A stretch of 64,000 nucleotides of DNA from assembly GCA_963816145.1 (NCBI GenBank), contig CAWFJP010000029.1, forward strand, positions 416,001 through 480,000. Reading direction: 5' to 3'. Positions 30,199 through 39,605 of the stretch are shown here, piece after piece. Under the pieces are notes generated by a model. It saw only the letters and a program-made list of their open reading frames with translations, did not search any database and was not told where the DNA came from. Numbering within the stretch: position 1 is the stretch's first letter; every line of letters starts with the position of its first letter. Source of the stretch: an uncultured delta proteobacterium (GTDB lineage: Bacteria > Desulfobacterota > Binatia > UBA9968). The position numbers and the translations under genes were made by a program.

Positions 30199-31382
30199 GG
30201 CAGCGTCTGAACCTCCACCGAGACTACCGCCGGCAGATCGCGCACGATCGGCGCCCAACTATCGCCGGCGTCGGCAGAGGCGTACACCTGACCGCCGGTG
30301 GTGCCGAAGTAGACGCCGCACTTATCGAGCGAATCGACGGCCATGGCATCTCGGAGCACATTGACGTAGCAGTCGCTTTGGGGCAGGCCCTTGGTCAGCG
30401 CCTCCCAATCGTTGCCGCCCGTCCGGCTGCGATAGACCCGCAGTTTGCCGTCCGGCGGGAAATGCTCCGAGTCGCTCTTGATCGGCACGACATAGATCGT
30501 TTCCGGTTCATGGGCATGCACGTCGATGACGAAGCCGAAGTCGGTGGGCAGGTTGCCACTGACTTCATGCCAAGAGTCGCCGGCGTCGTCGCTGCGCATG
30601 ACGTCCCAGTGTTTTTGCATGAACAGTACGTTTGGCCGCAACGAATTCATGGCGATGCGGTGAACGCAGTGGCCAATCTCCGCAGTTGGATCGGGGATGT
30701 AAAGGGAATGCAAGCCGCGATTGATCGGCTTCCATGTATTGCCGCCATCGTCGCTGCGAAACGCCCCCGCGGACGAAATCGCAATGACGATTCGCTTCGA
30801 ATTGCTGGGATCGAGAATAATCGTGTGCAGACACATCCCGCCGGCGCCGGGCTGCCACGCGGATCCAGTGCCGTGACCGCGCAAAGCGGATAATTCCTGC
30901 CAGGATTTTCCCCCATCGGTGCTGCGGAACAGGGCCGCATCCTCAACGCCGGCATAGACCGTTTCCGGATCGTTAAGCGAGGGTTCGAGATGCCAGACAC
31001 GCTTGAATTCCCACGGATGCGGCGTGCCGTCGTACCATTGGTGCGTTGTCAGCGGTTTGCCGGTTTCCGCCGACGTGTCATATACGAATTTGTTGCTTTC
31101 GCCCTTGGGCGTTCCATCCGGAGCCGTGGTGGGTTCCCCCGCAGGCGTGCCCGGTTGGTGCCAGCTCTTGCCGCCGTCATCCGATCGCTGGATAATCTGG
31201 CCGAACCAACTGCTCGATTGCGATGCGTAGATTCGATTGGGATCCACGCTGGACCCCTTGAGATGATAAATCTCCCAGCCCGCGAAATGGGGCCCGCTGA
31301 TTTGCCAGTTTTGCCGCTTTCCGTCCGAACTCAGGATGAAAGCCCCTTTGCGTGTGCCGACCAAAACTCTTACGCTGCTCAT
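30195..31382 (-). CDS. BNR/Asp-box repeat beta-propeller protein (sialidase-like fold)
   Basis: Repeated SxDxGxxW motifs ([44 protein letters not shown]); no signal peptide. Confidence 0.85.
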   Translation of the reverse strand: MSSVRVLVGTRKGAFILSSDGKRQNWQISGPHFAGWEIYHLKGSSVDPNRIYASQSSSWFGQIIQRSDDGGKSWHQPGTPAGEPTTAPDGTPKGESNKFVYDTSAETGKPLTTHQWYDGTPHPWEFKRVWHLEPSLNDPETVYAGVEDAALFRSTDGGKSWQELSALRGHGTGSAWQPGAGGMCLHTIILDPSNSKRIVIAISSAGAFRSDDGGNTWKPINRGLHSLYIPDPTAEIGHCVHRIAMNSLRPNVLFMQKHWDVMRSDDAGDSWHEVSGNLPTDFGFVIDVHAHEPETIYVVPIKSDSEHFPPDGKLRVYRSRTGGNDWEALTKGLPQSDCYVNVLRDAMAVDSLDKCGVYFGTTGGQVYASADAGDSWAPIVRDLPAVVSVEVQTLP

Positions 31383-31404
31383 AGATTTTCCTTTCCGTTG
31401 TAAA

Positions 31405-31764
31405 TTAGACCATTGGTAAGCCGGGAATTTCAATGACCGGTCGAACTTCTACCGTGCCCTTGCGCGCCATCGGAATCCGGGCGGCGAGGCCAAGCGCTTC
31501 GTCGAGATCCTTGGCGTCGATCAAAAAGTATCCGCCCAACTGTTCGCGCGTCTCGGCGAATGGACCGTCGGTCACCAAGCGTTTGCCGTCGCGCACTCGG
31601 ACACTGGTAGCCATCGACGTCGGGTGCAGCGGATTTGCGCTTAGATACTTGCCGTTTGCATGGATCTCTTGGGCGAGCTGCGTCGACTCGGCGTAACATT
31701 CCTGCCGTTCGGCTTCGCTCAAAGGATTTTGCTCATTCAGGTAAATTAACAACATGTATTTCAT
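31405..31764 (-). CDS. YciI/DGPF domain protein
   Basis: MKYMLLIY...[16 protein letters not shown]...VEVRP. Confidence 0.9.
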   Translation of the reverse strand: MKYMLLIYLNEQNPLSEAERQECYAESTQLAQEIHANGKYLSANPLHPTSMATSVRVRDGKRLVTDGPFAETREQLGGYFLIDAKDLDEALGLAARIPMARKGTVEVRPVIEIPGLPMV

Positions 31765-31819
31765 CTCAGTGTCTCCGTTTCATGAACCGCGCAAGTATCT
31801 CTCAGGGGGGCCCGTTGGT

Positions 31820-32293
31820 CTATTCCCCCTTAAACGCCCGCGTTAGAGTTTCGATGTCAATTTTGTTCATTTGCATCATTGCCGCCATGACTCTCGCCGA
31901 TTTAGCCGCATCTTTGTCTTGTAACATTTCGACCAGCGCGGACGGAACAACTTGCCACGACAGGCCGAATTTATCTTTGAGCCAACCGCACTGGCTTTTT
32001 TGACCGCCGTCGGACAATCTCTCCCAGAGTTCATCGACTTCTGTCTGCGTTTTGCAGTCCACCGACAGGGATATGGCTTCGTTGAATTTGAATATCGGCC
32101 CGCCGTTCAACGCGATGAACTCCTGGCCTTCGAGTTCAAACGCGATGGTCAGCACTGATCCCTTCGGGCCCGGCCCGGATTCACCGCAGCGCAAGACTTT
32201 GCCAATTTTGGAGTTTTTGAAAATGGCGCAGTAGTGGTTGACCGCCTCTTCCGCGTTGTAATCGAACCATAGGCATGGGGTAATTTTCTGCAT
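31820..32293 (-). CDS. VOC family PhnB-like protein (3-demethylubiquinone-9 methyltransferase-like)
   Basis: [27 protein letters not shown]. Confidence 0.9.
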   Translation of the reverse strand: MQKITPCLWFDYNAEEAVNHYCAIFKNSKIGKVLRCGESGPGPKGSVLTIAFELEGQEFIALNGGPIFKFNEAISLSVDCKTQTEVDELWERLSDGGQKSQCGWLKDKFGLSWQVVPSALVEMLQDKDAAKSARVMAAMMQMNKIDIETLTRAFKGE

Positions 32294-32301
32294 AGGGTCT
32301 C

Positions 32302-32670
32302 CTATCGTTCTCCGGGCAAGCCGGAAATTTCCCGCAAGGGGCGCACTTCGACGGTGCCGATGCGTGCGCCTGGCACCCGGGCGGCGATTTGCGTCGCTTC
32401 GTTAAGATCCTTGGCGTCGATTAGGAAATAACCGGCGATCTGTTCGCGGGTCTCGATGAACGGCCCGTCGGTGACCATCGGTTTACCTTCGCGCACCCGA
32501 ACGATGACCGCCGTCGCCGCCGGCTGCAGCGGCGAAGCGCTCAGATATTGCCGCTTGGTGTGAAGCTGGTGCGTGAGCGCGACGGATTCGTGGAGCATTT
32601 GCTGTTGTTTCTCCTTAGTGATCTTGTCGAACGCCACTTCATCGTGATGAACCAGCAACATGAATTTCAT
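32302..32670 (-). CDS. YciI/DGPF domain protein
   Basis: MKFMLL...[16 protein letters not shown]...VEVRP. Confidence 0.9.
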   Translation of the reverse strand: MKFMLLVHHDEVAFDKITKEKQQQMLHESVALTHQLHTKRQYLSASPLQPAATAVIVRVREGKPMVTDGPFIETREQIAGYFLIDAKDLNEATQIAARVPGARIGTVEVRPLREISGLPGER

Positions 32671-32698
32671 AAATCTATCTCCAGCCGTGCAGGGTCAC

Positions 32699-33109
32699 TC
32701 AGGGCGCCACAGTGACCATCCAGCCAACGCCGAAACGGTCGGCGACCATGCCGAAGCAAGGTGACCAGAATGTCTTGGTTAGCGGCATCCGCACCTGTCC
32801 GCCATCGCTAAGTGCCTCAAAAACGCGCTTGGCTTCCGCCTCGTTGGCTACGGCCAGCGACAATGAGAAACCCTGAAAATTAAGCCCCTCGCTGCCACCG
32901 TCGGAGGCCATGATATTTGCGTTACCGACACGCAAATGGCTGTGCATGATTTTGTTATCCCAACCCGCCGGCACCATGCCGGGTGGTGGCGGTTCCGGGC
33001 TATCTTTGTAGCGCATCAGCATCGATACTTCGGCGCCCAGAGCGTTCTGGTAAAACTCGATCGCCTCTTGGCAATGTCCGTTGAAAAATAGATAGGGTTC
33101 GATTGTCAT
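32699..33109 (-). CDS. VOC family PhnB-like protein
   Basis: PYLFFNG, IMHS, MPLTKTFWS, DRFGVGWM. Confidence 0.9.
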   Translation of the reverse strand: MTIEPYLFFNGHCQEAIEFYQNALGAEVSMLMRYKDSPEPPPPGMVPAGWDNKIMHSHLRVGNANIMASDGGSEGLNFQGFSLSLAVANEAEAKRVFEALSDGGQVRMPLTKTFWSPCFGMVADRFGVGWMVTVAP

Positions 33110-33197
33110 GGCATTCCCTCCTGTCGGTTTGGTGTTAGCCGGTACTTCCCGTTTTAGCGTTATGCGATCATGGTTATTTTGGCGCGGTCATGGAGTA

Positions 33198-33224
33198 GTC
33201 GTTCGGCCCAGCCGCAAATCGACA
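33198..33224 (-). promoter_or_regulatory. Putative ECF42-type sigma promoter (TGTCGA-N17-CGAC)
   Basis: Minus strand reads TGTCGA tttgcggctgggccgaa CGAC, between the sigma gene and the VOC/DGPF operon. Confidence 0.7.
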
Positions 33225-33233
33225 ACCGGCAAA

Positions 33234-34503
33234 TTATTTTTTTAGATCAGCCAGCCGTCGCTCCAAAAAGCGCCGCTCCGGTCCCTGTTGGGTGAGGCTT
33301 AGGGCTCGTTGGTAGGCGGCGCGGGCTTCAGTGGCCCGTCCCAAGCGGCGACAGAGGTCGGCCCGGGCTGCATGAGCCAGGTGGTACCCCTCGAGATCAC
33401 CGCGCGCAAGTATGGTATCGATCAGGCTAAGGCCCGCCTCGGGCCCGTCGCGCATGGCCACCGCCACCGCCCGATTCAATTCGATCACAGGCGAGGGCTC
33501 CGCCTGCAGCAGGAGGTCGTACAGCCCGACGATTTGCACCCAATCCGTAGCCCCGGCGCTAGGGGCATTGGCGTGCACGGCGGCGATGGCCCCTTGGATG
33601 GAGTAGGGGCCGACTTCGCTGGCGGCCAGGGCGCGTTGCACCAGAGCGGTGCCTTCGCGGATGGCATCGCGGTCTCCACGGTCTACGGTCTTGTTCCTCC
33701 AGCAGCACCAGGTCGCCGGTACTGGACATGCGCGCCGCGCGCCGCGAGTCCTGCAGCAGCATCAGTCCCAGAAGTCCAGCGACATCCGGTTCGGGGAGTA
33801 AGTTCAAGAGCAGCCGTCCGAGGCTAATCGCCTCGCTGGATAGGTCATGGCGCGTGATTGCCGCGCCGGATGACGCAGCGTAGCCCTCGTTGAAAACCAG
33901 ATAAACGACCCGTAGTACGGCGTCCAAGCGATCGGGTAGATCAGCACGCGCCGGCACCTGGTAGGGAATGCGCGCGTTGCGGATCTTCGCTTTGGCGCGG
34001 ACGATGCGCTGCGCCAATGTCGGTGCCGCGGTCAGGAAGGCACGAGCGATTTCTTCCGTGGTGAGGCCACATACCTCGCGCAAGGTGAGCGCCACTTGAG
34101 TGTCTAGCGCCAGCGCTGGATGACAGCAGGTAAAGATCAGCCGCAGCCGGTCATCTTCCACGCTCGAATGGTCGGTCGCATCTAGATCCTCAGCGTCTGT
34201 TGTAAGCCGCTCGGCAATGTTATCTGGCAGGGGATCGAGGCGGGACTGTTTACGGATCGCGTCGATGGCTTTGAAGCGCCCCGTCGATATCAGCCAAGCC
34301 CGCGGCTTAGCCGGCACGCCATCGCGCGGCCACTGCTCAAGTGCCGCTTTAAAGGCTTCGTGCAGCGCTTCTTCGGCGAGATCGAAGTCGCCGAGCAAAC
34401 GAATCAGAGTGGCAAGAACCGAGCGCGATTCGGTACGATAGATGGTCTCGACCGCTTCGTGTGGCTGCTGGGTAGTGCTCGCTTGAGTATCGCGCCGGTT
34501 CAC
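33234..34503 (-). CDS. ECF sigma factor with C-terminal TPR-like extension (ECF42-type), +1 frameshift at ~33675
   Basis: DLAEEAL...QWP, DDRLRLIFTCCHPAL, LVFNEGY. Continuation WDRDAIREG...GPYSIQGAIAAVH...LNRAVA in ORF 33234-33641; GGAGG precedes GTG at 34503. Confidence 0.85.
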
Positions 34504-34689
34504 GATTCCCGTACCTCCCATGATACGGCTACGGATTCCCCAAACTAGATTGTACATGAATCAGCCTCTGTGTTTAGCCCGGCAAGTGAAAAAATTGCTC
34601 ACGGTTTGGGGCCCAACCCGTGGTCAAGCTTTGGCTTAGATATAGTGTTAACGGCCTGCTATGATCGGGGCCACGAAAGGGCAATTATC

Positions 34690-35694
34690 ATGACGCATAA
34701 AGTTACGTTGATTCCGGGCGATGGGATCGGTCCCGAGGTAGTCAAGCCGGCACTGGAAGTCATCAAAGCCGCCGGCGCAAAAATTGATTGGGACTCCCAT
34801 CTGGCCGGCACAGAGGCTTTGAAAAAACATGGGACGACCATCCCGCGGGCGCTGATGGATTCGTTCAACAAGACCAAGATCGCTCTCAAAGGGCCGGTGA
34901 CGACGCCGGTGGGCGAAGGATTTAGCAGCGTCAATGTCGAGCTGCGCCAGACTTTCGATCTCTATGCCAATCTGCGGCCGATCAAGAATTTGCCCGGGGT
35001 CAAAGCGCGTTATCAAGACGTCGACTTGGTGGTCGTGCGCGAGAATACCGAAGGGCTGTATTCCGGCATCGAACATGAAGTCGTCCCGGGCGTCATGGAG
35101 AGCTTGAAGATCATCACCGAGAAGGCTTCGACGCGTATAGCCAAATTTGCCTTCGAGTACGCCAAGACGCATGGCCGAAAAAAAATCGTCGCGGTGCACA
35201 AAGCCAACATCATGAAACTCACCGACGGTTTGTTCTTAGACTGCGCCCGCAAAATGTCGCAAAAATACAAGCGCATCGGCTTTAGCGACATCATCGTCGA
35301 TAATGCCTGCATGCAGTTGGTCCTCGATCCACTCCAGTTCGATATCTTGCTGCTGGAAAACCTTTACGGCGACATCGTGTCGGACCTCGCTGCCGGTCTG
35401 GTCGGCGGATTGGGCCTGGTCGCCGGCGCCAATCTCGGCGACCACCACGCGCTTTTCGAGCCGGTGCATGGCAGCGCGCCGGATATCAAAGGGAAGGGGA
35501 TCGCCAATCCGTCGGCGATGATCACCGCCGCGGTCATGATGCTGCGCCATATCGGCGAGCGCGCCGCGGCCAATCGGATCTATGCCGCCTTGGAAAAAGT
35601 CCTGTGGCGCGGCGATTGTGTCACGCGCGATCTCGGCGGCACAACGACGACGAAGAAATTTGCCGAGGCGATCATTAGAGAGATCGAGAGATAG
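34690..35694 (+). CDS. Isocitrate/isopropylmalate dehydrogenase family protein (NAD-dependent IDH-like)
   Basis: TLIPGDGIGPE, RENTEGLYSG, HKANIMK, NLYGDI, EPVHGSAPDI. Confidence 0.9.
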   Translation: MTHKVTLIPGDGIGPEVVKPALEVIKAAGAKIDWDSHLAGTEALKKHGTTIPRALMDSFNKTKIALKGPVTTPVGEGFSSVNVELRQTFDLYANLRPIKNLPGVKARYQDVDLVVVRENTEGLYSGIEHEVVPGVMESLKIITEKASTRIAKFAFEYAKTHGRKKIVAVHKANIMKLTDGLFLDCARKMSQKYKRIGFSDIIVDNACMQLVLDPLQFDILLLENLYGDIVSDLAAGLVGGLGLVAGANLGDHHALFEPVHGSAPDIKGKGIANPSAMITAAVMMLRHIGERAAANRIYAALEKVLWRGDCVTRDLGGTTTTKKFAEAIIREIER

Positions 35695-35939
35695 ATTCAA
35701 TACAGGGGATGATGCAAGGTGTTTTTCCCCGAAAAAATTCACACGCGCCGCCGCATATCCAATATGAGTCAATTCCTCGCGGTACCCAATACTCGGCTGG
35801 TTTTACCGGACATATTCAAGTAAAAGGGCTGGAATATATCGCCGAATAGGATCGCGTTGATGGTTCGGGTTGCGTGCCTGCTCCGCACCTTCAGTAAGGG
35901 CCAATCACGGCGAATAAGTATTTCTCGAAACTATTGATC

Positions 35940-36437
35940 ATGTTTCGTTCCGTCGATCTTCCCGCAGGTGTTCCCGGTCGCTTGCTACTGCACAGCATGC
36001 CAGGACGCTACGAAGCTTTGGAGCGGGTGTGGCACCAGGTGCGCACCGATGCGGTGCGGACCATAGTCTGTTTGACCGAGCGGGATGAGCTGCACGAGAA
36101 ATCCTTCGAGTACGCCCAGGCCCTGGAGCGCGGCACCGTCCCATGTTTGGTTTTGCCGTTTGAAATTCCCGATCGCGGCGCGCCGGAGGACCGTGAGGGG
36201 TTTTGGGAGTTGGCAGTCGGGGTCGCGAACCGATTGCAGTCTGGCGAAATTGTGCTGATTCACTGCGCCGGCGGCGTCGGGCGCACGGCATTGCTGGCGA
36301 TCTGTGTGCTGCTGGCTCTGGGGCAGCCGGCAAGTGAGGCGCGGAGCTTAGTGTCGCGAGCCGGATCGACGGTTGAAACTGCGCCGCAAAGTAATCTTAT
36401 TGCCTGGTGCGCGGCGCAAGCAATCGTGCCGGTGTGA
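35940..36437 (+). CDS. Dual-specificity/tyrosine protein phosphatase family
   Basis: HCAGGVGRT (HCX5R) motif, IPD, VET..Q. Confidence 0.85.
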   Translation: MFRSVDLPAGVPGRLLLHSMPGRYEALERVWHQVRTDAVRTIVCLTERDELHEKSFEYAQALERGTVPCLVLPFEIPDRGAPEDREGFWELAVGVANRLQSGEIVLIHCAGGVGRTALLAICVLLALGQPASEARSLVSRAGSTVETAPQSNLIAWCAAQAIVPV

Positions 36438-36492
36438 GGTTCCACGCGTTGTTTACGAAATTATTCGGGTCTGGGTGAAAAGCAAGGAGATC

Positions 36493-37047
36493 ATGCAACA
36501 AGCGGATTCGATCAGGCCAAGAGTCAGCAAGCTGGAACTGTTCCTGACATTTTCGCGGATTACCCTATCGAGTTTTGGCGGTGCGCTTTTCTGGGCGCGG
36601 CTGGGAATCGTCGAAAGACGGCGTTGGCTGACCGAGCGCGAGTTTGCCGAGTTCTTGACCATCGGCCAGCTCTTGCCTGGCCCCAACGTGCTCAATCTGA
36701 CGGTCTTGGTCGGCTATCGATTCGGCGGTTGGAGCGGCGCCGCGGTGTCGGTCTTGGGTTATCTTGGCTGGCCGTTTCTAGTCGTCATCGGCATGGGCAT
36801 GCTGTACCAGCAGTTCGGCGCGCTGCCGCAGGTGCAGCAGGCGCTCGGCGGCATGTCCAAGGTAGCGGCGGGACTGCTGCTCGCGACGGTGATCAAGCTG
36901 GCGATGGTGCTGCCGCGCCGGTTGCGGCCTTGGCTATTTGGCCTTATTGCGTTTGTCGCCGTCGGCGTGATGCGCTGGCCGTTGATATGGGTCGTCGCGG
37001 CGCTAGGGCCTTGTGCCGTCTTCCTGGCCTGGAAAGCGAAGGATTGA
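36493..37047 (+). CDS. Short-chain chromate transporter (ChrA family) subunit 1
   Basis: SFGG, RRWLTEREF, QLLPGPN; AAGGAG RBS. Confidence 0.88.
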   Translation: MQQADSIRPRVSKLELFLTFSRITLSSFGGALFWARLGIVERRRWLTEREFAEFLTIGQLLPGPNVLNLTVLVGYRFGGWSGAAVSVLGYLGWPFLVVIGMGMLYQQFGALPQVQQALGGMSKVAAGLLLATVIKLAMVLPRRLRPWLFGLIAFVAVGVMRWPLIWVVAALGPCAVFLAWKAKD

Positions 37048-37574
37048 TGGAACGCGTCGACCTGAGCGCATTGTTCTTCCATTTCGTGGCGTTATGGTTT
37101 GTCGCGGTCGGCGGGCCATCGGCGATCTTGCCGGACATCCACCGCTACGTGGTGGACGTGCATCACTTGTTGAGCAATCGGGAGTTTGCCGAGATCTATA
37201 CGTTAGCGCAGGCGGCGCCCGGACCCAACGTCATGTACACGACGCTGATCGGCTGGTATCTCGCCGGCTGGTCGGGGGCGTTGGCGACGACTGTCTCGCT
37301 GCTAGTGCCGGCAACCACATTGACCCTGGTCGTCGGCCATTTCATCGAGCGCTACCCCGATGCGCCGATTCTGCGCGCCATCCGCCGCGGCTTGACGCCA
37401 ATCACCATCGGCTTGATGTTCTCCGGCGCGACTGTGCTCATGCGCGCCGTGAGCCATGACTGGCGCGGCTATTTGACCACGATACTCACCGCCGCCGTCG
37501 TCCTGCGCCTGACCTGCAATCCGCTGTGGTTACTCGCTGCGGGTGGATTGCTTGGCATTGCCGGGGTTTTCTGA
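37047..37574 (+). CDS. Short-chain chromate transporter (ChrA family) subunit 2
   Basis: AVGG, AQAAPGPN; TGATG overlap with the first subunit. Confidence 0.88.
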   Translation: MERVDLSALFFHFVALWFVAVGGPSAILPDIHRYVVDVHHLLSNREFAEIYTLAQAAPGPNVMYTTLIGWYLAGWSGALATTVSLLVPATTLTLVVGHFIERYPDAPILRAIRRGLTPITIGLMFSGATVLMRAVSHDWRGYLTTILTAAVVLRLTCNPLWLLAAGGLLGIAGVF

Positions 37575-37603
37575 GACGTGATCGAATCGAATTGAATTAC
37601 CGC

Positions 37604-37636
37604 TGGAACCATTGGAACAGCTGGAACCGATGGAAC
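37604..37636. repeat. 4x TGGAAC tandem (9-bp period)
   Basis: TGGAAC at 37604, 37613, 37622, 37631. Confidence 0.75.
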
Positions 37637-37644
37637 CACTGCTA

Positions 37645-38212
37645 TCAACGACCGCCGAGTAGTTTCTCGATCTGTGGCGATGAGCCGGCGATCTTCCGGG
37701 TCGACTGCGCTTTCGAAGGCGGCGATCTGCTGGCCTGATTTGTCGACGAGATATTTGTGGAAATTCCACTTTGGCGGGTGTCCAGTGCGGGTCGCGAGTT
37801 GGCGATAGAGCGGGTTGGCATTGGCGCCAACCACCGCGGTCTTGGCGAAGACTGGAAAGGTGATGCCGTAATTGACCTGGCAGAACTGGGCGATCTGCTG
37901 GTTCGATCCCGGCTCCTGGCCGCCGAAATCGTTGGCCGGAAAGCCCAGCACGACGAAGCCTTTGTCGCGATAACGGCGATAGAGTTTTTCCAAACCGTCA
38001 TATTGCGGCGTGTAGCCACACTCGCTGGCAGTGTTGACGATCAATACGACTTTGCCGCGGAATTGGCAGAGAGATATTGGTTCGTCCATCAAGTTGGCGA
38101 CTTTATGATCGAGGATCGGCGGGCAGGGGGACTCGGCCGAGCTGCTTGGTGTGGCGATGCCAAGTGACGTGATAACGGCTAAGGCAAATAGATATATCGA
38201 TCGCCTGAACAT
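37645..38212 (-). CDS. Glutathione peroxidase family protein with signal peptide; +1 frameshift near the C-terminus (~37675)
   Basis: VNTASECGYTPQY, GFPANDFGGQEPG, WNFHKYL; the natural ending QIEKLLGGR* is in the shifted frame. Confidence 0.88.
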
Positions 38213-38387
38213 TGTTTCCCTCCAGCGTGAAATGCGACATTGTAAACCTAGGCGAGTCAATCGGAGATTACAAGTTGGTACATTCAGCTCACACATTGTC
38301 AGTCAGATGGGTCCGTCCGCCGTTCCACGGCCGCCGACGCGTTTTGACTGTTGGGCGGCAGGAATTCAATAATCATTCAGTGCTTCT

Positions 38388-39554
38388 ATGACGGAAAACA
38401 ACACTCGGCAAAATCCTGGCCCCGAGACCGGCTACACCTATGTTCGCGCACAAGCTCTACTGGACAAAGTCAGCCAACGCATCGACGACGCCGCTAGAAT
38501 CGCCGTGGATACCGAAGCCGACAGTCTGCACAACTACTTCGAAAAAGTCTGTTTGATCCAGCTCTCGATCGATGGCGAACATTACTTGGTCGATCCCCTG
38601 GCGGGATTGGAGTTGAGTGGATTTCTCGCATCCCTGGCGGTAAAGCCGTTGATTTTTCACGCCGGCGACTACGATCTGCGCATACTACGGGCCTCGACGG
38701 GCTTCCGGCCAAGTGGTGAAATTTTCGACACCATGATCGCGGCTCAACTGCTGGGCATCGAACAGATCGGTCTAGCGGCGGTGATCAAGCGCAATTTTGC
38801 GATGACGATTGGCAAGGAAGGGCAGAAGTCGGACTGGTCGCAACGGCCGTTGAGCGAAAAGCAATTGCAATACGCGGTCAACGATACGCGCTATCTCGAG
38901 TCGCTGGCCGACCGGCTGACGGATGAGTTGGAGGCGAAGGGGCGCCTCCAATGGCATCGCGAGAGTTGCCGAGCGATGGTGCAGGCGAGCGGTCGCGATA
39001 ATCCCCGCGATCCGGAGGATGCTTGGCGCCTCAAGGGCGCGGGCCGGCTGACTCGGCGGCAGTTGGCCTACCTGCGCGAGGTCTGGCGCTGGCGCGATGG
39101 GCATGCCCGGCGCTTCAATCGGCCGCCGTTCAAGATTTTTGGTAATCAACAGATATTCGAGCTCATTCAATGGGTGGAGTCGCATCCCAACGAGCCGCTC
39201 GACAAAGGTCCCAAGTTGCCGCGTAATATTCAAGGCGCGCTGCTGACGACTCTCGTAGACGCGGTTGCGCGGGCGGCGGCGCTGTCGCCTGCGGATTGGC
39301 CGGAAACGAAAAAGCATGAGCGCGGCGAATCCGCCAGCGCCGAGTCGGTCGCAAGGGCCGACGCGTTGCGCAGCGCCTGCGCTGATCTCGCCAAGGTCTT
39401 GGAAATATCCCCGTCGGTGCTGGCGCCGCGAGCGGCGCTCGAAGCGATCGCGCGGCGCCAAACACGGGGTATCGAGGAAATCATGGAGCGCGGTGGCCTC
39501 TTGCGCTGGCAAGCGGAGATAATTCAAGGTGTGGTAGAGAAATGTCTCGGATGA
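38388..39554 (+). CDS. rnd: Ribonuclease D (3'-5' exonuclease + HRDC)
   Basis: AVDTEADS, CLIQL, DTMIAAQLLG, SDWSQRPL, YAVND. Confidence 0.88.
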   Translation: MTENNTRQNPGPETGYTYVRAQALLDKVSQRIDDAARIAVDTEADSLHNYFEKVCLIQLSIDGEHYLVDPLAGLELSGFLASLAVKPLIFHAGDYDLRILRASTGFRPSGEIFDTMIAAQLLGIEQIGLAAVIKRNFAMTIGKEGQKSDWSQRPLSEKQLQYAVNDTRYLESLADRLTDELEAKGRLQWHRESCRAMVQASGRDNPRDPEDAWRLKGAGRLTRRQLAYLREVWRWRDGHARRFNRPPFKIFGNQQIFELIQWVESHPNEPLDKGPKLPRNIQGALLTTLVDAVARAAALSPADWPETKKHERGESASAESVARADALRSACADLAKVLEISPSVLAPRAALEAIARRQTRGIEEIMERGGLLRWQAEIIQGVVEKCLG

Positions 39555-39605
39555 CAATGTTTTGAACGACTCTGTATTCTAATCTCGCTGCGGTTCGGGG
39601 GACAT

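Noticed and set aside
34690-35694. Calling this gene leuB because leuCD is in the window
   Set aside because: Motifs (TPVG, HKANIMK, RENTEGLYSGIEH) fit the NAD-IDH-like branch better; specificity cannot be settled from sequence alone.
37645-38212. Selenocysteine in the glutathione peroxidase
   Set aside because: The active-site residue is Cys (ASECG); there is no in-frame TGA.
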